64,000 nt of DNA from the human T2T-CHM13v2.0 reference genome, Homo sapiens. Below the pieces are notes generated by a model that was not told the DNA's origin, ran no database searches, and saw nothing but the letters and a program-made list of their open reading frames with translations. Shown piece after piece: positions 1 to 18,849 of this stretch. A program made the translations under genes and the position numbers. Within the stretch, counting starts at the first letter, position 1; every line of letters starts with the position of its first letter. The stretch is taken from assembly GCF_009914755.1 (NCBI RefSeq), contig NC_060926.1, one strand, 5' to 3'.

Positions 1-793
<793 letters not shown>

Positions 794-1850
794 ACAGAAA
801 ATATTTCAATATTTTATCAGACTACCCTGCTTACTCTATCATTGGAGGCTGAGGCTATAAAAGGCCTTTATTTAAATAAAATCAAGGAAATAATCTAATA
901 AAAGTTATCAAAATCCTAAATATCCATCCCCTCACAATACTCTGTCTGGAATTTATTCACAGCACTTTTTTAACTTGATCTGTTTAAATTTCTCCCTTTA
1001 CACTATAAGGTTCCTTTTTTGTTGTTTTTTAAGAGACAGGATTTTGCTATGCTGGCCAGGCTGGTCTCAAACTCCTGGCCTCAAGCAATCCTCCTACTTT
1101 GGCCTCTCAAATTCACTATGAGATTCCTCAGGTCAGAAATTGAATGGGTCCTCTCTTTAGTTAAGAGCCTAAGCATGTGCCTGGTACATCATAAGAATAC
1201 ATCTTGTTAAATTAGGGCATTTTTATTTATGAAATTGCATAACAAATAATTTTGTTGTGACAAATTCACTTAGTGAATTGGCAAAGCAGCATGTGAGAAA
1301 TGATGAGAAAGGATACAGTGCATACTCCAAGGAAATTACAATTTAAAGTGGAGAAAAGACATTTATGCAAATGTCTTTATAGTTATAGAAGACAAAAGAT
1401 AATAAATGCCATGAGAAAGCTAGAAAATGATATGGACAAATGAGAAAAAAAGAAAGCCTTCAGAGAAAAGGTGACATTTCTGGTAGAATTCCAAAAAATA
1501 GTATTTTAAACAGTTTTATTGATTGCTTACTATGCTCCTGACACTATTCCCGGTGCTGGGGACAGACATAACAGTGAACGAAAACATTAGAAGTTGGGCA
1601 TGGTGGTGCGCACCTTTAGTCCCAACTACTCAAGAGGCTAAGATAGAAGGATCCCTTGAGGCTATGAGGTTGAGGCTACAGGGCACTGTGATCACGCCTG
1701 TGAATGGTCATTGTCCTCCACCCTGGGCAACATAGCAAGACCTCATCTCTAAAAAAAAGTTTTAATAAAAATAAAAATCTCTGCCCTCATGGGGCTTTCA
1801 TGATTGCTGGAGGAGAGGGACAGTAAACAAAATAAATAGTTTTAAAAAAT

Positions 1851-2270
<420 letters not shown>

Positions 2271-3233
2271 TCAAGCAACGAGGGCGAGGAAAGCAGGTAA
2301 AGTGATAAGCAATTGGGGAGGGGGTATAATTTTAAATAAAGTAGTCAGAGAAAGCCTCAATGAGAAGGTAATATTTAAGTACAGATCTGAAAGAGTTAAG
2401 AAAGCAAGTTACGTGCTCTCTGGAGGTGAGCATTCCTTAGAGCAGGCAGAGGCCAGTCCAGTGCAGGTGAGAAGAGGGAGAGGAGGGAATAGTAAGAGAA
2501 GAGGTCTGAGGGATAAGGCTGGGAGGGATGAGCTGGGAAGATGGAAATTTGGGTAGGTGGAGAGCCTTATGGGCCATTGTAAAGACTAAGTGAGATGTGA
2601 AGCCATCAGAGGATTTTGCACAAGGGGAAAGCATGATTTAGACGGAAACCCCCTGTACTGCAATCTGGCCTCCTACTCTTACCTCTACACCCCATACCAA
2701 ACTGCTCACTAATATAAGCAATGTCCTCTAAATCTGATGAATACTTCATTTTAAAAATTTGTACTTAATCCCATTACGACCTAATACTGATGACTGCTCC
2801 CTTCTTACTGAGAGTCTTCTCTCTGATGTTTCCCTGGTTTTCCTCCAATCTCTGGAAACTATTTATTGGTCTTCGTGTTATCTTCTTTTTCCATTTGACT
2901 TTTAAATGGAGTTCCCTAGGGACTATGCCACCTTCATTTCTTACCTACTCACCCTAGGTGAGCTCATCTGTATCGACAACTCCAACTACCACTTATATAC
3001 CAATGACTCACAAAGCCATCTTTAGCTCATACTTCCTCTGGGATGGCAGATCAGCATTTCTGACCATCTACAAGATGATGTCCTCACACCCACGTCCCAA
3101 ACTGAAATCAAGTCACTGAATGCTCTAGTCATATATAAAATAAGATCTCTGTTCCTAAAGACTACTGTCATAATAATCATAAAATCATAATAATTTCAGA
3201 TAGTACTTTATTATACACATTATTAAAGCCTAC

Positions 3234-3373
3234 CTGTGTGTTTCAGCCTCTTTTTCTTTCCCCATTTGTATAAGACGCTTTTTTGCTTTGATGAATTTTC
3301 TCATCTTTTCATCTTCTTCCTCTTGCTGCTGCTGTTCTACAGCTTTGATAATATGTTTATCCTGCATATGTTC
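3234..3373 (-). CDS. CFAP210: CFAP210 coding exon 6 (EHMQDKHIIKAVEQQQQEEEDEKMRKFIKAKKRLIQMGKEKEAETH); gene continues left of the window
   Basis: ttcccccaag acceptor and AG|gtaggc donor; 140 nt, phase 0 in and phase 2 out; no further exon recognised in 1-3200. Confidence 0.92.
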
Positions 3374-5249
3374 CTTGGGGGAAAAATTGTATATATTAAC
3401 TTATCACAAAGAAAAATATCTTTCAACATATCAGTAGCTAACAAGAACCTGTCAAATGGTCACAGCTTCTGACCCAGTTATTTCTCTCCTGGAAATTTTA
3501 TCCCAAAGAGATGATCAGAGAAGTGCATAAAGGTTTATGTGTCATGTAATTTATCTCAAAGTTATTTATAATAGCAAAAAAATGGAAACAACCTCTAAAT
3601 ATTCAATCATAGAGAATAATCATTGAGAATATAGTTAAATAAATCATACTCTCAATTACATGAGATGTGATTCAAATAATATAATCAATAAGTAGGTGGG
3701 GGAAAGCAGAATATGTAACATTACATAGTATATTCCAATTTCACAAATACATGTAAGTACAACTTTATAATGTATAAATGACTGGAAGAAATGTGTCAAA
3801 TGTTAACAGTAGTTATCCCTGGGGTATGAGATAATAGGTAACTTTTATATCTTCTTAATGCTTTTCTGTATTTCTCTTCAAGTATCTCATGTCTTTAAAG
3901 TATACAATTTAAAATAATTGTATAAGAAAAAATACACCAAATATATATATATAATATAAAGTTCATTTAATGTTTGAATAGTCATATGGTTCAAAAACCA
4001 AAAATGTTTTTTTACATACACAGTGTAGCGAGCGTCCTTCCACTCCATCCACTATGTCTCTTCCTAATCCTCCCTCCAGACTCAAATCACTATTGCTAGT
4101 TTCTTGTCCAAACTTTGCTTTTGCATACATATAAGAAAAAACAGATATGTATTCTAACAAAAATTGTAAAAGTAGGTCACTAGTATTTAAAACAAAAAGT
4201 AAAATCTATTCATATTAGCATATGTTCTATGATCTCAGCCTGAGTTAGCCATCATAAAAACAGATGCCATTGAGCACAATAGCCTGAATATATAGATATA
4301 TTAGTATATTCTGTTATTTAGACAGGGTGTCTGTTGCCCAGGGTGCAGTGGCATGATCACAGCTCATGAAAGCCTTGAACTCTGGGGCTCAAGGGAAACT
4401 CCCACCTCAGCCACCAGAGTAGCTGGGGCTACAGGCACGAGCCACCGTGCCTGGCATATTCTGTTATTATGTAAGTAGAAACCAATTCAAGGTAAAAGTC
4501 GTTAGGGGCATCACTTAATCTTCCAATATATTTATAACTCAGGGTCTACTATGTGCCCAGCACTCTTAACTAATCTCCTATTTTATGGGTTAATTTTAAA
4601 AGCCTGTAATCTGGATAGGAAATATATTGGTCAATATGATCAATATGAAAAACTAAAGCAAACAGCAAACTGTTAAAAGTGTTTTGGATAATTCCTTACA
4701 TGTTTTATTTTGCTGTTTACTCCAAGTTTATTCTAATATTCACAAAGACTTTTTATAATACAAAAAAATACAGATTTGATTAACACAGAGTTAATTCTCA
4801 TTTTTCAATATTGAAAGCTTAAGCTCAAGGTCATATAGCCAGTAAATGGCAGAGTTAGCATTAAAAACTAGGTCTGTCCTACTCCAAGCCTACTTGGAGA
4901 CATAAAAATTATTCCACCCCTTAACCAATAATCAGATTTTAATGAAAACAATAACAACATTTCAAGTAAAAGTCTTAGGAATTAAAATTTTCATAGCTAA
5001 AATAAAAAAATTAATAGAAGACTTAGAATACAAAGTTGAAACTCAGTAGAACAAAAAGAAAACGGCAGAAACAATTAGTTGCCTAAGCTTCGTTAGCAGC
5101 AGGACCCAGATTTTATTCAGGGTAGAAATATGCTCAGCTAAAAGACTACATGTGCAGCTTTCTTTTCAGCCAGGTGTAACAAAATTATGACCAATGAGAT
5201 TCAGGGAAAACTGTTAAGTGGGACTTCTTGGAAAATTCCTTAAAAGGAG

Positions 5250-5690
5250 AACAGCCTGGGCAACATACCAGAACCATCTCTACAAAAAAGACCACAAAAA
5301 TTAGACAGGTATGGCAGCACATGGCTGTAGTCCCAGCTACCAGGCAGGCTGAGGTGGGAGGATCACTTAAGCCCAGGAAGTCAAGGCTGCAGTGAGCCAA
5401 CATCGTGCCACTGCACTCCAGCCTGGGAAACAGAGTGAGACCCTGTCTCAAAAAAAGAGGAAGAGGAAGAAGAGGAAGAAGAAGAAGGAGGAGAAGGAGG
5501 AGAGAGGAAGAGGAGGAAAAAGGAAGAAGAGGAAAGAGGAGGAAGAGGAGGAGGAGGATGAAGTAGAGAAGGAGGAGGACGAGGAAGAGAAGGAAGAGGA
5601 GGAAGATGAAGTAGAGAAGGAGGAGGAGGAGAAGGTGGTGGAGAAGGAGGTGCGGGAGGAGGAGGAGGAGGAGGAGAAGGAGACAGGAAA
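5250..5690 (+). repeat. AluJ fragment whose tail continues as a GAG/GAA purine-rich low-complexity tract (5458-5690)
   Basis: Alu right arm followed by about 230 nt of nearly pure purines. Confidence 0.9.
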
Positions 5691-5835
5691 TAGAGTACTC
5701 CCTTTTGACCTTCATCCTTTCTTCTTTCTTGCTATCCAGAATGTGGAGATGAGGGCTAAAACTCCAGCAGCTATTCAGGGCCATGAGGCAAACTTGAGAA
5801 CAGATGCCATCTATGTACAAAGAATAACAGAGTAG

Positions 5836-6118
5836 ACCGGGCATGGTGACTCACACCTGTAATCCCAGCACTTTGGGAGGCTGAGGCAGGCAGATCACCT
5901 GAGGTCAGGAGTTCAAGACCAGCCTGGCCAACATGGTGAAAACCCATCTCTACTAAAAACACAAAAATTAGTGGGGTATGGCGGTGGGTGCCTGTAATCC
6001 CAGCTACTTGGGAGGCTGAGGCAGGGAGAATTGCTTGAACCTGGGAGGCAGAGGTTGCAGTGAGCTGAGATCATGCCACTGCACTCCAGCCTGGGTGACA
6101 GAATAAGACTCCATCTCA

Positions 6119-6145
<27 letters not shown>
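5836..6145 (+). mobile_element. AluS
   Basis: Full dimer with poly(A); aacagagta flanks both ends as a TSD. Confidence 0.9.
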
Positions 6146-6149
<4 letters not shown>

Positions 6150-6592
6150 AGAGTAAAAAAAAAGAGAAGAAGGTGTCGAAGGTGTCTTAGTCCCTGTTAA
6201 TTCTATAGCTGCCATTACCAGACACCCCTGCACTTTAAACCTGTATATTATTTTGGGTTTTCTATCACATGCATTTAAGCCTTCTCTTAACTAATGAGAA
6301 AAGATTCTTAGACATTAGAGCATTATTTCAAAAAATCCAATGTCTATCAGAGGGATTCTAGAACAATAGAAAGATAAAATGGGAGGGGACAAAATTATCT
6401 AAGAAATAAAACAATAAAAGTTCTCAGGATGAAAGAAATATGTTTACAGAATAAAAGCATCAACTGAATGCCCAGAAAAATGAATGAAGGCACATAATTC
6501 AAGGCACATCTGTAAAATTTTGGAGCACCAGAGATAAAGACAGGACCCTAAAACCATTCGGACAGAAAGAAGAAAAAGAAAAAAAGAAAAAT

Positions 6593-6999
<407 letters not shown>

Positions 7000-7999
7000 T
7001 TAATACAAAATTCTGAATTCTGAACCCAGAATTCTATAACCAATCAAACTGTAAATCATGCATGACTTTAAAAGATAAGCTTTTCATACTATCATACTTG
7101 TCCTTAAAAAATAATAAAATAAATAAAAATGAGTAAAAAATAAACTTTTCAGATAATTAAAAAATTTTACCTCTCATACACCCATTCTTAAGGAAGCTAT
7201 TCAAAGGTGTATTATAGCAAGACGAGGGAGTAAATCAAGAAAGAAAAAGACATAAGCTTCAGGAAATCAGAGATTTAGCCCTAGAAAGTAATATTCTATG
7301 CACACATCACAGTTTTTAATGTTAACAAAGGTGAAACACATAACATACACCCTTACAAAAAAGGTCAAAATGTAAAATTAAAACTTTAAACTCTTAAAAA
7401 CTACAAAAAAGTTTGTGTTGGCTACCATTTGTACAACATATTTAAACATTTTCATTTTGTGGCAGCACATGAAAAAAGTGATAGTAGAAAATAAAGTCAT
7501 TGGGGGTTTTCAAATAGCAGAACTGGCAGTTTTGCCATGTAGGAGAAGCAAATAAATATTAGTTTCCCCAAAATTCACATTTGAAAATATTTAGATAAAA
7601 GTCACAGAATTTTTCTCAGTAGAGACCCCAATAATTAGCTGCTGTAGGTTACCTGTTTGAAAGGACAATATCTCTTTAGAGTATAACTTTACTAATTTGG
7701 GTATAGAGAAGAAGTCTTAGGAATAAGAACATGATCTTAAAGGAGAGAAGAGGAACAGAGGAAGACATAAAAGCAAGAAAAATGTCATGGTAATTGCAAT
7801 CACTAAAAAACTGTATTCTCAGTCAGTGCAGAATACTGTCTTCTGTCTACAACAGGTGCTTATTCCCGAACTGTTATTGCAGCATGGATTTAATTTGCTT
7901 GGAGTTAGTCTGATCATTCAAATGTTTTATTGTGTACCGGAGAGCATTTAGAAGATATTTTACACTATTAGGAGGTTGGTCCTTAAGAACTCTGATACA

Positions 8000-8297
8000 G
8001 GCCAGTTGTGGTAGCTCATGTCTATAATCCCAGAACCATGGGAGGCCAAGGCAGGAGGACTGCTTGACCTCAGGAGTTGGAGACCAGCCTAGGAAACATA
8101 GCCCATCTCTATAAAAAATTTTTTAAAGTAGCCAGGCATAGTGGTGTATGCCTAGTCCCATCTACTCAGAATGCTAAGGTGGGAGAATCACTTAAGCCTG
8201 GGAAGTCAAGGCTTCAGTGAGCCGTGATCATGCCACTGCACTCCAGCCTGGGCAACAGAGCAAGACCCTATCTCAAAAAATAAAATAAATAAAAAAT
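8000..8297 (+). mobile_element. AluJ
   Basis: Diverged Alu dimer. Confidence 0.85.
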
Positions 8298-8434
8298 CAG
8301 GAAGATATGTTACCTTTGTCCACCAGATTGGGCTTTAAAAAAAAGAACTTGGTACAACCTTTCATACCAAGTTTGGAAGTTTTGGCAAATGCTCCCACTG
8401 AATATACTTAATCATAGAGTCTTATGATACCTAC

Positions 8435-8940
8435 TGTATTAGTCCATTCTCAAATTACTATAAAGAACTACCTGAAACTGGGTAATTTATGAAGAAAAGA
8501 GGTTTAAATAGGCTCAAAGTTCCACAGGTTGTACAGGAAGCATGGCTGGGAGGCCTCAGGAAACTTAACAATCATGGCATAAGGCAAAGAGGAAGTAAGC
8601 ATGTCTTCAAATGATGGTAAGACAGAGAGAGTGTGAAGGGGGAAGTGCTACACACTTTTAAACAACAAAATCTCATGAGAATTCACTCACAAGACAGCAC
8701 TAGGAGGATGGTGTTAAACCATTAGAAACCACCCCCGATGATCTAATCACTTCCCATCAGGACCCACCTCCAACACTTGGGATCACAATTCAACAAGGGA
8801 TTTGGGTGGCAATACAGAGCCAAACCATATCATTCTGCTCTTAACCCCTCCCAAATCTCATGTCCTTCTCATATTTCAAAACCAATTATGCCTTCCCAAC
8901 AGTCCCCAAAGTCTTAACTCATTCCAGCATTAACTCAAAA
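8435..8940 (-). mobile_element. MST (MaLR) LTR plus the start of its internal sequence, truncated
   Basis: tgtattagtccattctc...caaaccatatca (8832), then MST-int sequence ending abruptly at an L1 fragment. Confidence 0.8.
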
Positions 8941-9740
<800 letters not shown>

Positions 9741-9756
9741 TTTTATATATATATAT

Positions 9757-10054
9757 ATTTTTTTTTTTTCTTTGAGACAGAGTCTTGCTCTATTGCCCAG
9801 GCTGGAGTGCAGTGGCACGATCTTGACTCACTGCAACCTCCACTTAGGGCTCAAGCAATCCTCCAGCCTCAGCCTCCTGAGTAGCTGGGACCACAGGCGT
9901 GCACCACCCTGCCTGGCTATTTTTTGTATTTTTTGTGGAGACAGGGTTTCACCATGTTGGCCAGGCTGGTCTCAAACTCCTGAGCTCAAAGAGATCTGCC
10001 TGCCTTAGCCTCCCAAAGTGCTAGGATTATAGGCATGAGCCACTACGCCTGGCC
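9757..10054 (-). mobile_element. Alu abutting the 3' break of the CYRIB pseudogene
   Basis: Antisense Alu consensus. Confidence 0.88.
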
Positions 10055-10056
10055 TG

Positions 10057-10690
10057 ATGGTACATTATTAATCCTTATACAACTCAATGTTCTTCTATAA
10101 TAGCTGAAATCATTCTGTATAGCAGGATTTGTCATCCTGAGTTCATCAAACCAGAGTGTGAAATGAAGAAATTCTGAAAACTCTTTAGCAGAAGCCTGTT
10201 CTTGCACTAGATGCTGGGTGGGAGAATATGGCGTACTTGTCAAGGCTCCCTGAAGACCTTTTAATGCTGCTTCTAACCGCTGAGACAATTCATAAAATTT
10301 CTTTAATTTGCCTCCCAGTGGAACAAATGCACCCCATGCCTTCTCTTGCAACTTCTCATCTGCTGGCTGCTGGATTACCTCTTGTATTTCATGGTCATCT
10401 CCTCTGTATGACTGTAAGTCCTCCAAGATGCCGTTTGCATCTTTTAATACTACATTCACCTAATTAATTATAAATTTCCTTTTCAGATTCTGTAGGCTGG
10501 GCATTTTCAGGCACTGCTTGTAATTCTATCCTTATCCTTTTATCCTCCTCTTGAACCTCCAAGCACTCTCAGCCCCTCTCCTCTGCCCTTCAGGGGCTGA
10601 GCTGCACAGACAGCTCCTCAGCAGTGCTAGGGAAAGCCCCAGGCCTGGAGCTAGAGAGCAGTGGCACTGGGACGAGAAGACCCTTCAAAC
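10057..10690 (-). pseudogene. CYRIB: Processed pseudogene fragment of CYRIB/FAM49B
   Basis: Translation ENAQPTESEKEIYN / VNVVLKDA...QEKAWGA...[11 protein letters not shown]...[23 protein letters not shown] matches CYRIB. No introns; a 4-nt duplication with a stop near 10465; 3' part missing. 10510-10690 looks like decayed 5'UTR (inferred). Confidence 0.9.
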
Positions 10691-10984
10691 ATGCCCCTGT
10701 GGTGAACTGCGACAAAAATATTACCATTTGTGGAGCACATATTAATGGCACAACAGACACCAAACATAAATCACCCCATTCATTCCTCACAACTCTCAAG
10801 AAAATATATTCATTGTTTTAAAATCTCATTTTCTCTTCTCTCTTTCTTGTTCATGCATGAGAGCACATGCACATAAAACCACAGCAAATATAGCTATCCC
10901 AAAAGGATGCACTCCCTTAGAAACCCAACTTAATAGCAACTTGTTTTCTACTCCACTTTTTTTTAAATATTAAAAGTTAGGCAT

Positions 10985-11380
10985 TTGCAGGCACAGAAAG
11001 ACAAATATATTATGTTCTCACTCATTATGTGCGAGCTAAAAAGTGATCTAGTGGAGGCAGGGACTAGAATGACAGTTATTCTATCAGAAGCTGGTAAGGA
11101 TGTGGAGACACAGTGGGGATGTACAAACTTACAGTTAGATATAAGGAATAAGTTCTAGTGTTTGATAGCCTAGTGGGGGGACTATAGTTAACAACAATAT
11201 ATTGTACATTTCAAAATAACTAGAAGATTTGAAATGTTCCCAACACGAAGAAATGATAAATGTTCAAGGTGACAGATAACCTAAATTCCCTTACTTGATC
11301 ATTACATAATGTATGCATGGGTCAAAATACCACATGTACTCCATAAACATGTACAAATATATTATGTATCAATTTTAAAA
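10985..11380 (+). mobile_element. L1MA 3' end
   Basis: acagaaagacaaata...ttctcactca...aaatgttcccaacac...tattatgtatcaatt. Confidence 0.75.
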
Positions 11381-11431
11381 GTTGGGCATTTGACTTTGAA
11401 CCTTTTTGGAACTTTTGCCCTTTCAACTTAC

Positions 11432-11588
11432 AAGAAACCGTCTCCTGCTTTCATGCATCTCTTCTCTTTTCTTTTCTAGTTTTTTTCTCATTTCAATTTC
11501 ATATAATGCATTCTGTCGCTTTATTTCCTCAGCATCTTTTTCTTCATATTTTTTCCTTCTTTCCTCTTCTTCCTCATGTTCCTTTATT
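11432..11588 (-). CDS. CFAP210: CFAP210 coding exon 5 (IKEHEEEEERRKKYEEKDAEEIKRQNALYEIEMRKKLEKKREEMHESRRRFL)
   Basis: tgctttag acceptor and CTT|gtaagt donor; 157 nt = 1 nt completing the CA-A codon plus 52 codons. Confidence 0.92.
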
Positions 11589-13036
11589 CTAAAGCAAAAA
11601 CATAATTATAATTGAGAACAAAGCAGAAAAATAGGTTATATTTTTAAGAAATGAATTCAATTCCAACCTGGAATGAGTTGAAGCTGCAAGGAAAAATCTG
11701 TGAATTTCTTTGGGGGAAAAGAACAGACATTAAATAGCAGTGACTAAAACTAATCCAATCTTGGTTAACCTAGAATTGGCAATACTTTCCTTGCTTCAAA
11801 ATTTATTTCATTACTCACCCAAGTAAGTGTTCTTTTCCTTTAGAAAGAACCAGTTAATGGGATGACAGTAAGAAGAAATGGTGACATTATTTTACAGAAA
11901 GGTTCCTAATCCCTAGTGCTTCCCAACTTCAGCCCTAGATGATGCTACATAAGCCATGGGCCTAGCCTCTCAAGGAATGCAGTTTGATGGAATGAAAGGA
12001 AGAAAGGTCTTCTTACTCAACTGACCACTTGGGTTGTAATTCTTTCTGTAGCCAGTATTGACTAGCTGATAATTTCTTCTGAATTGTGAGCCTCCCTGGC
12101 TATCTTTCAGAACATATGTGTGAGTTCCTCAGAGATCCCTGAGGGTCCTCCTCACTGCAGAGCCCTGATCTGAGTGATTTAGCTCCAGCTCCATCTCTTC
12201 AGCTCACCCCTAAACCCCACCACTATCGCTACCAGGAGCTCCCACACTAAGCAGTTGATTAAAGACTCCAGGTCTCAAAGGCCCTTCATCCAGCAGCCAA
12301 ACCTCTGCATACTGGCAAGACAGCGCAAGTCCAAGTTGTCTCCTTGCCCATGGAAAACTCACGCATCCTTGCTAGCCAATCAACAATATACAGGCTTTCT
12401 CACTACTCTATCTGCCCTCTCTCTCTTTTTTTTTTTTTCCTGAAAAGGTAGGCATAGGGCAGGTCGACAACCCACCTAAATAGATGAATGTCTGAGGAAT
12501 AAACCTTTCTTTCTTTAAAAAAATTTTTTTCTATAGAAATGGGGTCTTGCTATGTTGCCCAGGCTGGTCTCAAACTCCTGGACTGAAGCAATCCTCCCGC
12601 CTAAGCCTCCCAAAGTGTTGGGATTACGGGCATGAGCCAATGTACCCAGCCAACCTTTCTTTCATATGCACCCAATCGAGAAAACATTTTTTACTGGAGT
12701 CCCCTCACTCAGGTTCAGGGAAGGGAAAATTCCCTTCCCCTATGCCATGGAGGACTGTACAGTTAAGTGAGCCAACAAGTTCACTTTGTTACTGTTAAGC
12801 CAATTCAGGACAGGAGATTCCTACTTGATTCATCTGTGCAGAATAATAAGCTTTAGAGTCAGATTCACTCTCTTTAGGAGGAGGTAAGAAAAAGATCACT
12901 GTTGGCCAATGCTAAACCAGGTTTACGATTGCCCTAAAAATAATAATAAAAAAAAAAAAACCAAGCTTCCAGAATTTTGTTAGAATTATTTAATATTTTA
13001 TATCTACCAATCTCCTAGAAGCAAACTCACAAGTCA

Positions 13037-13362
<326 letters not shown>

Positions 13363-14059
13363 GATTTGAAGAACATTGTAAAAAGAGATTCATCCAATTC
13401 TAAGACCAGAAGCTTTCAAAGTTTTTAAATTGCTACTTTAAGGGAAAACAAGAAGATACTTTAAAATTTTTCAGCTTTAGCATTTCTTAGCAAATCTGGA
13501 AATCACTAACATTATAACTATGCATCCATTGGATAATGCATCATTTCAGCAAAAAATTTACCTATTCTAAGAATAATAACAAAAATGTCTCTAAAGTCAG
13601 TTAAAATGTAATATATTGCCAGTGACTTACATAATAATTTACAATAATTAAAAATGTAATTAGCTGTCAAAAGGGACTTTTTCCTTAGTTTGGGTAGTTT
13701 GAATAGACTTGTCATCTATATGCCATTAATTTGGTTTAATGCAAAGTTAACTTGTTGAAGTAAATTTGAGATCCTCTAGTTCAAGGAAGAAACACATAAC
13801 ATTCATATCATTACTTCCAGCTCCCATTCCCAAAGCAGAGTCAGCAACCAGCACAAAACTCTTTCCTGCTGATTCTTGGTCCTTCTCAAACAATGCATTG
13901 GGAAGCCTCCACCAGGCAATCAGAGTTGAATATGTCAACGCCTTGCTCTTCCTGAGTCAGCTCCTTGCTATCCTTGATTCACATTCTGAAGATTCCAAAT
14001 CTGTACTTATCTAGCACAGATCTGATTCTTGGGCTTATATAGATGTTGTATAGTTCTCC

Positions 14060-14415
14060 TGTAAAAGCAAGAAAGACCACTACCCAAAATTTGGTTCAGA
14101 TGTCCAGACTGATGACACTACATCCCAAGAAAACTTGGTAGAAAGTATTACTCACATGAGGGACTCCTGGGAAGAGCTGGGCAGGCACAAGTAGGTCTTG
14201 ATTGCTTTGGACAAAGCAGAGGGAAGTGGGACTGAGGAAAAGTTTCTGAGCAGGAGGGATTTAAATTAAGCACTTGTGCCAAAAGAGGAGGAGGAGAGTT
14301 CCAGGAGCCTTCTTATCAGCCTGTACAGATGTAGGGCCAAAAGGGAAGTGAGGGTGAGGCCTAAAAAAGAAGTCAGTAGTCAAACATCCAAACTGAGTTC
14401 TCTCTCTCTATTACA
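14060..14415. mobile_element. Old ERV-type LTR, family unassigned
   Basis: TGT...ACA ends and an LTR-like motif (aatttggttcagatgtc..actgatga). Confidence 0.45.
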
Positions 14416-14654
14416 ACAGACAGGTTTCATTCTTTCATTTTTAAAAACTGTTTTTTGAGAACTGGTCTCACTCTGTCATCCAGGCTGGAGTGTAGTGGTA
14501 CAATCATAGCTCACTGCAACCTCATAGTTCACTGCAACCTCAAACTCCTGGGTTCAAGTGATCCTTCTGCCTCAGGCTCCCAAGCTGGAACTACAGGCAT
14601 GCATCACCACACCCAGCTAATTCCAGCTATTTTTTTTTTTAAGAGAGACAGAGT

Positions 14655-15068
14655 TGTTGCAGGGGAAGGATGGCTATCTGGGCTATTGGCATGAGGGTAA
14701 AAGAATTTGCCAAGACAATTGTAGATAAAGAAAGGCAAATTTATTAGAAAAAGTATAAAAATACGTTGCCAGTGAGGCAATGGGCAGCCAACAACAGAGA
14801 GGCTGACTACAAGGAAACAAGGCTTGCTGGAGGTTTTATAGGATAGTGTTTATGCTGTATGCTGAGGAGGGCTTTGTGCAGTACTGATAACATCAAGGTT
14901 GCAGTGAGCTTGTGGTAGTTGAGTACAGGAAGATTGTGAATTATTTGTGCAGAAGGGCTATATGTCCTGAACCAGGAAGAAAGGCAGGCTTGTAGCTTAT
15001 CTGCATCTTCTTTTGGCTTTTTCTTGCTCCCACCAGCCTGACTCCTTTTCCCTAATTAGGACTCCACA
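14655..15068 (-). mobile_element. Solo ERV LTR (LTR47-like) inserted into an AluJ (14452-14654 and 15069-15182)
   Basis: Reverse complement TGTGGAGTCCTAATTAGGGAAAAGGAGTCAGG...CAACA; the Alu resumes in register on both sides. Confidence 0.7.
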
Positions 15069-15522
15069 GGGGACTCACTATGTTACCCAGGATGGTCTTT
15101 GAACTCCTGGGCTCAAGTGATCCTCCCTGCTTGACCTCCCCAAACTGCTAGGATGATAGGCATGAGCCACCATGCCCAGCCTACCTTGATTCTTATAAAG
15201 ACAACCCACTAGGCATCATCACCTGGCTATTACACAGGTACTTTACCTTCTCTATGTCTAAAACCAAATTCATCATCCTCCTCTTCTAAACTGATCCTTT
15301 TGGTCTCTTTTCTTTATTTTGGTGAACAGTACCACCATCTTTTCAGTTACCTATGCTAGGGACTTAAGAATTATACCTAACTCTTCTCTAATCCTTAGAC
15401 CTCTCATTCATTTACCTAGTATTTATTGAATTTCTACTACAATGATAAAACAGACATGGCTCACTCAAGAAGCTCGAATTCTAGTGAGGGAGACAAGAAA
15501 AAACAAACAAACAAATAAAGTA

Positions 15523-18172
<2,650 letters not shown>

Positions 18173-18849
18173 TAAATAGACAATGTAATTACAAATCGTA
18201 GTGTTTTTTAAAAAATAAGAGACTAAGTAAAAGAGTAATAATTGAGGTACTTAGATAACTTTGACCAAAGTTGAACTCTAAGACAGGAAGGCCTCTCTGA
18301 GCTGGTAAGAGGTCCACAGATGAAGAATGGAAGGGTAAAATTCCAGACCGTAGAGAAAACATGAGGCAAGCAAGAGCTTGGTAGATGTTCGAGGCCCTGG
18401 AATATCAGTATAATGGAGGCATCATAACTAAGAGGAAGGAATGGTAAGAGAGGAGGTTGCGAAGTAGGCAGGCCAGATCATACAGAGCCTTGGAGGGGAT
18501 GTCAAATTTCCATTTTATTTTAAGTTGAATGGAAAGCCATTGAAGTGCTTAAGGTAGAATAATAATATGATCAATTTTCATCTTGATAAAATATCTCTGG
18601 ATGATAAGTAAAGAAGAATTTGGCAAATAAATAATGTGAGGCCAATTAAGAGACTGATACAACAACCCATGTGAATACATGAGAGTGGCCTGGACTAGAT
18701 GATGGCAGTAAATTCATGATTTGTTTTGGAGAAAAAAATCAACATGAATTGCTGAGAGATCTGATGTGGAAGATAAAGGAAAATGAGGAATCAAGGTGAA
18801 TTATTAGGTTTCTGGTTTGAAAAACTGGTTGGATAAAGATGCCGCTGGA

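Noticed and set aside
5185-5844. 219-aa Leu-rich ORF and 147-aa Glu-rich ORF, the latter resembling CFAP210's acidic coiled coil
   Set aside because: Both arise from an Alu plus a GAG/GAA simple repeat; CFAP210 exons 5 and 6 already join in phase without them.
13747-14060. Minus-strand acceptor ttgcttttacag at 14059-14060 followed by unique sequence; possible extra CFAP210 exon
   Set aside because: In exon-4 phase it stops after about 16 codons, I found no convincing donor, and the AG sits at an LTR junction. At most a cryptic exon.
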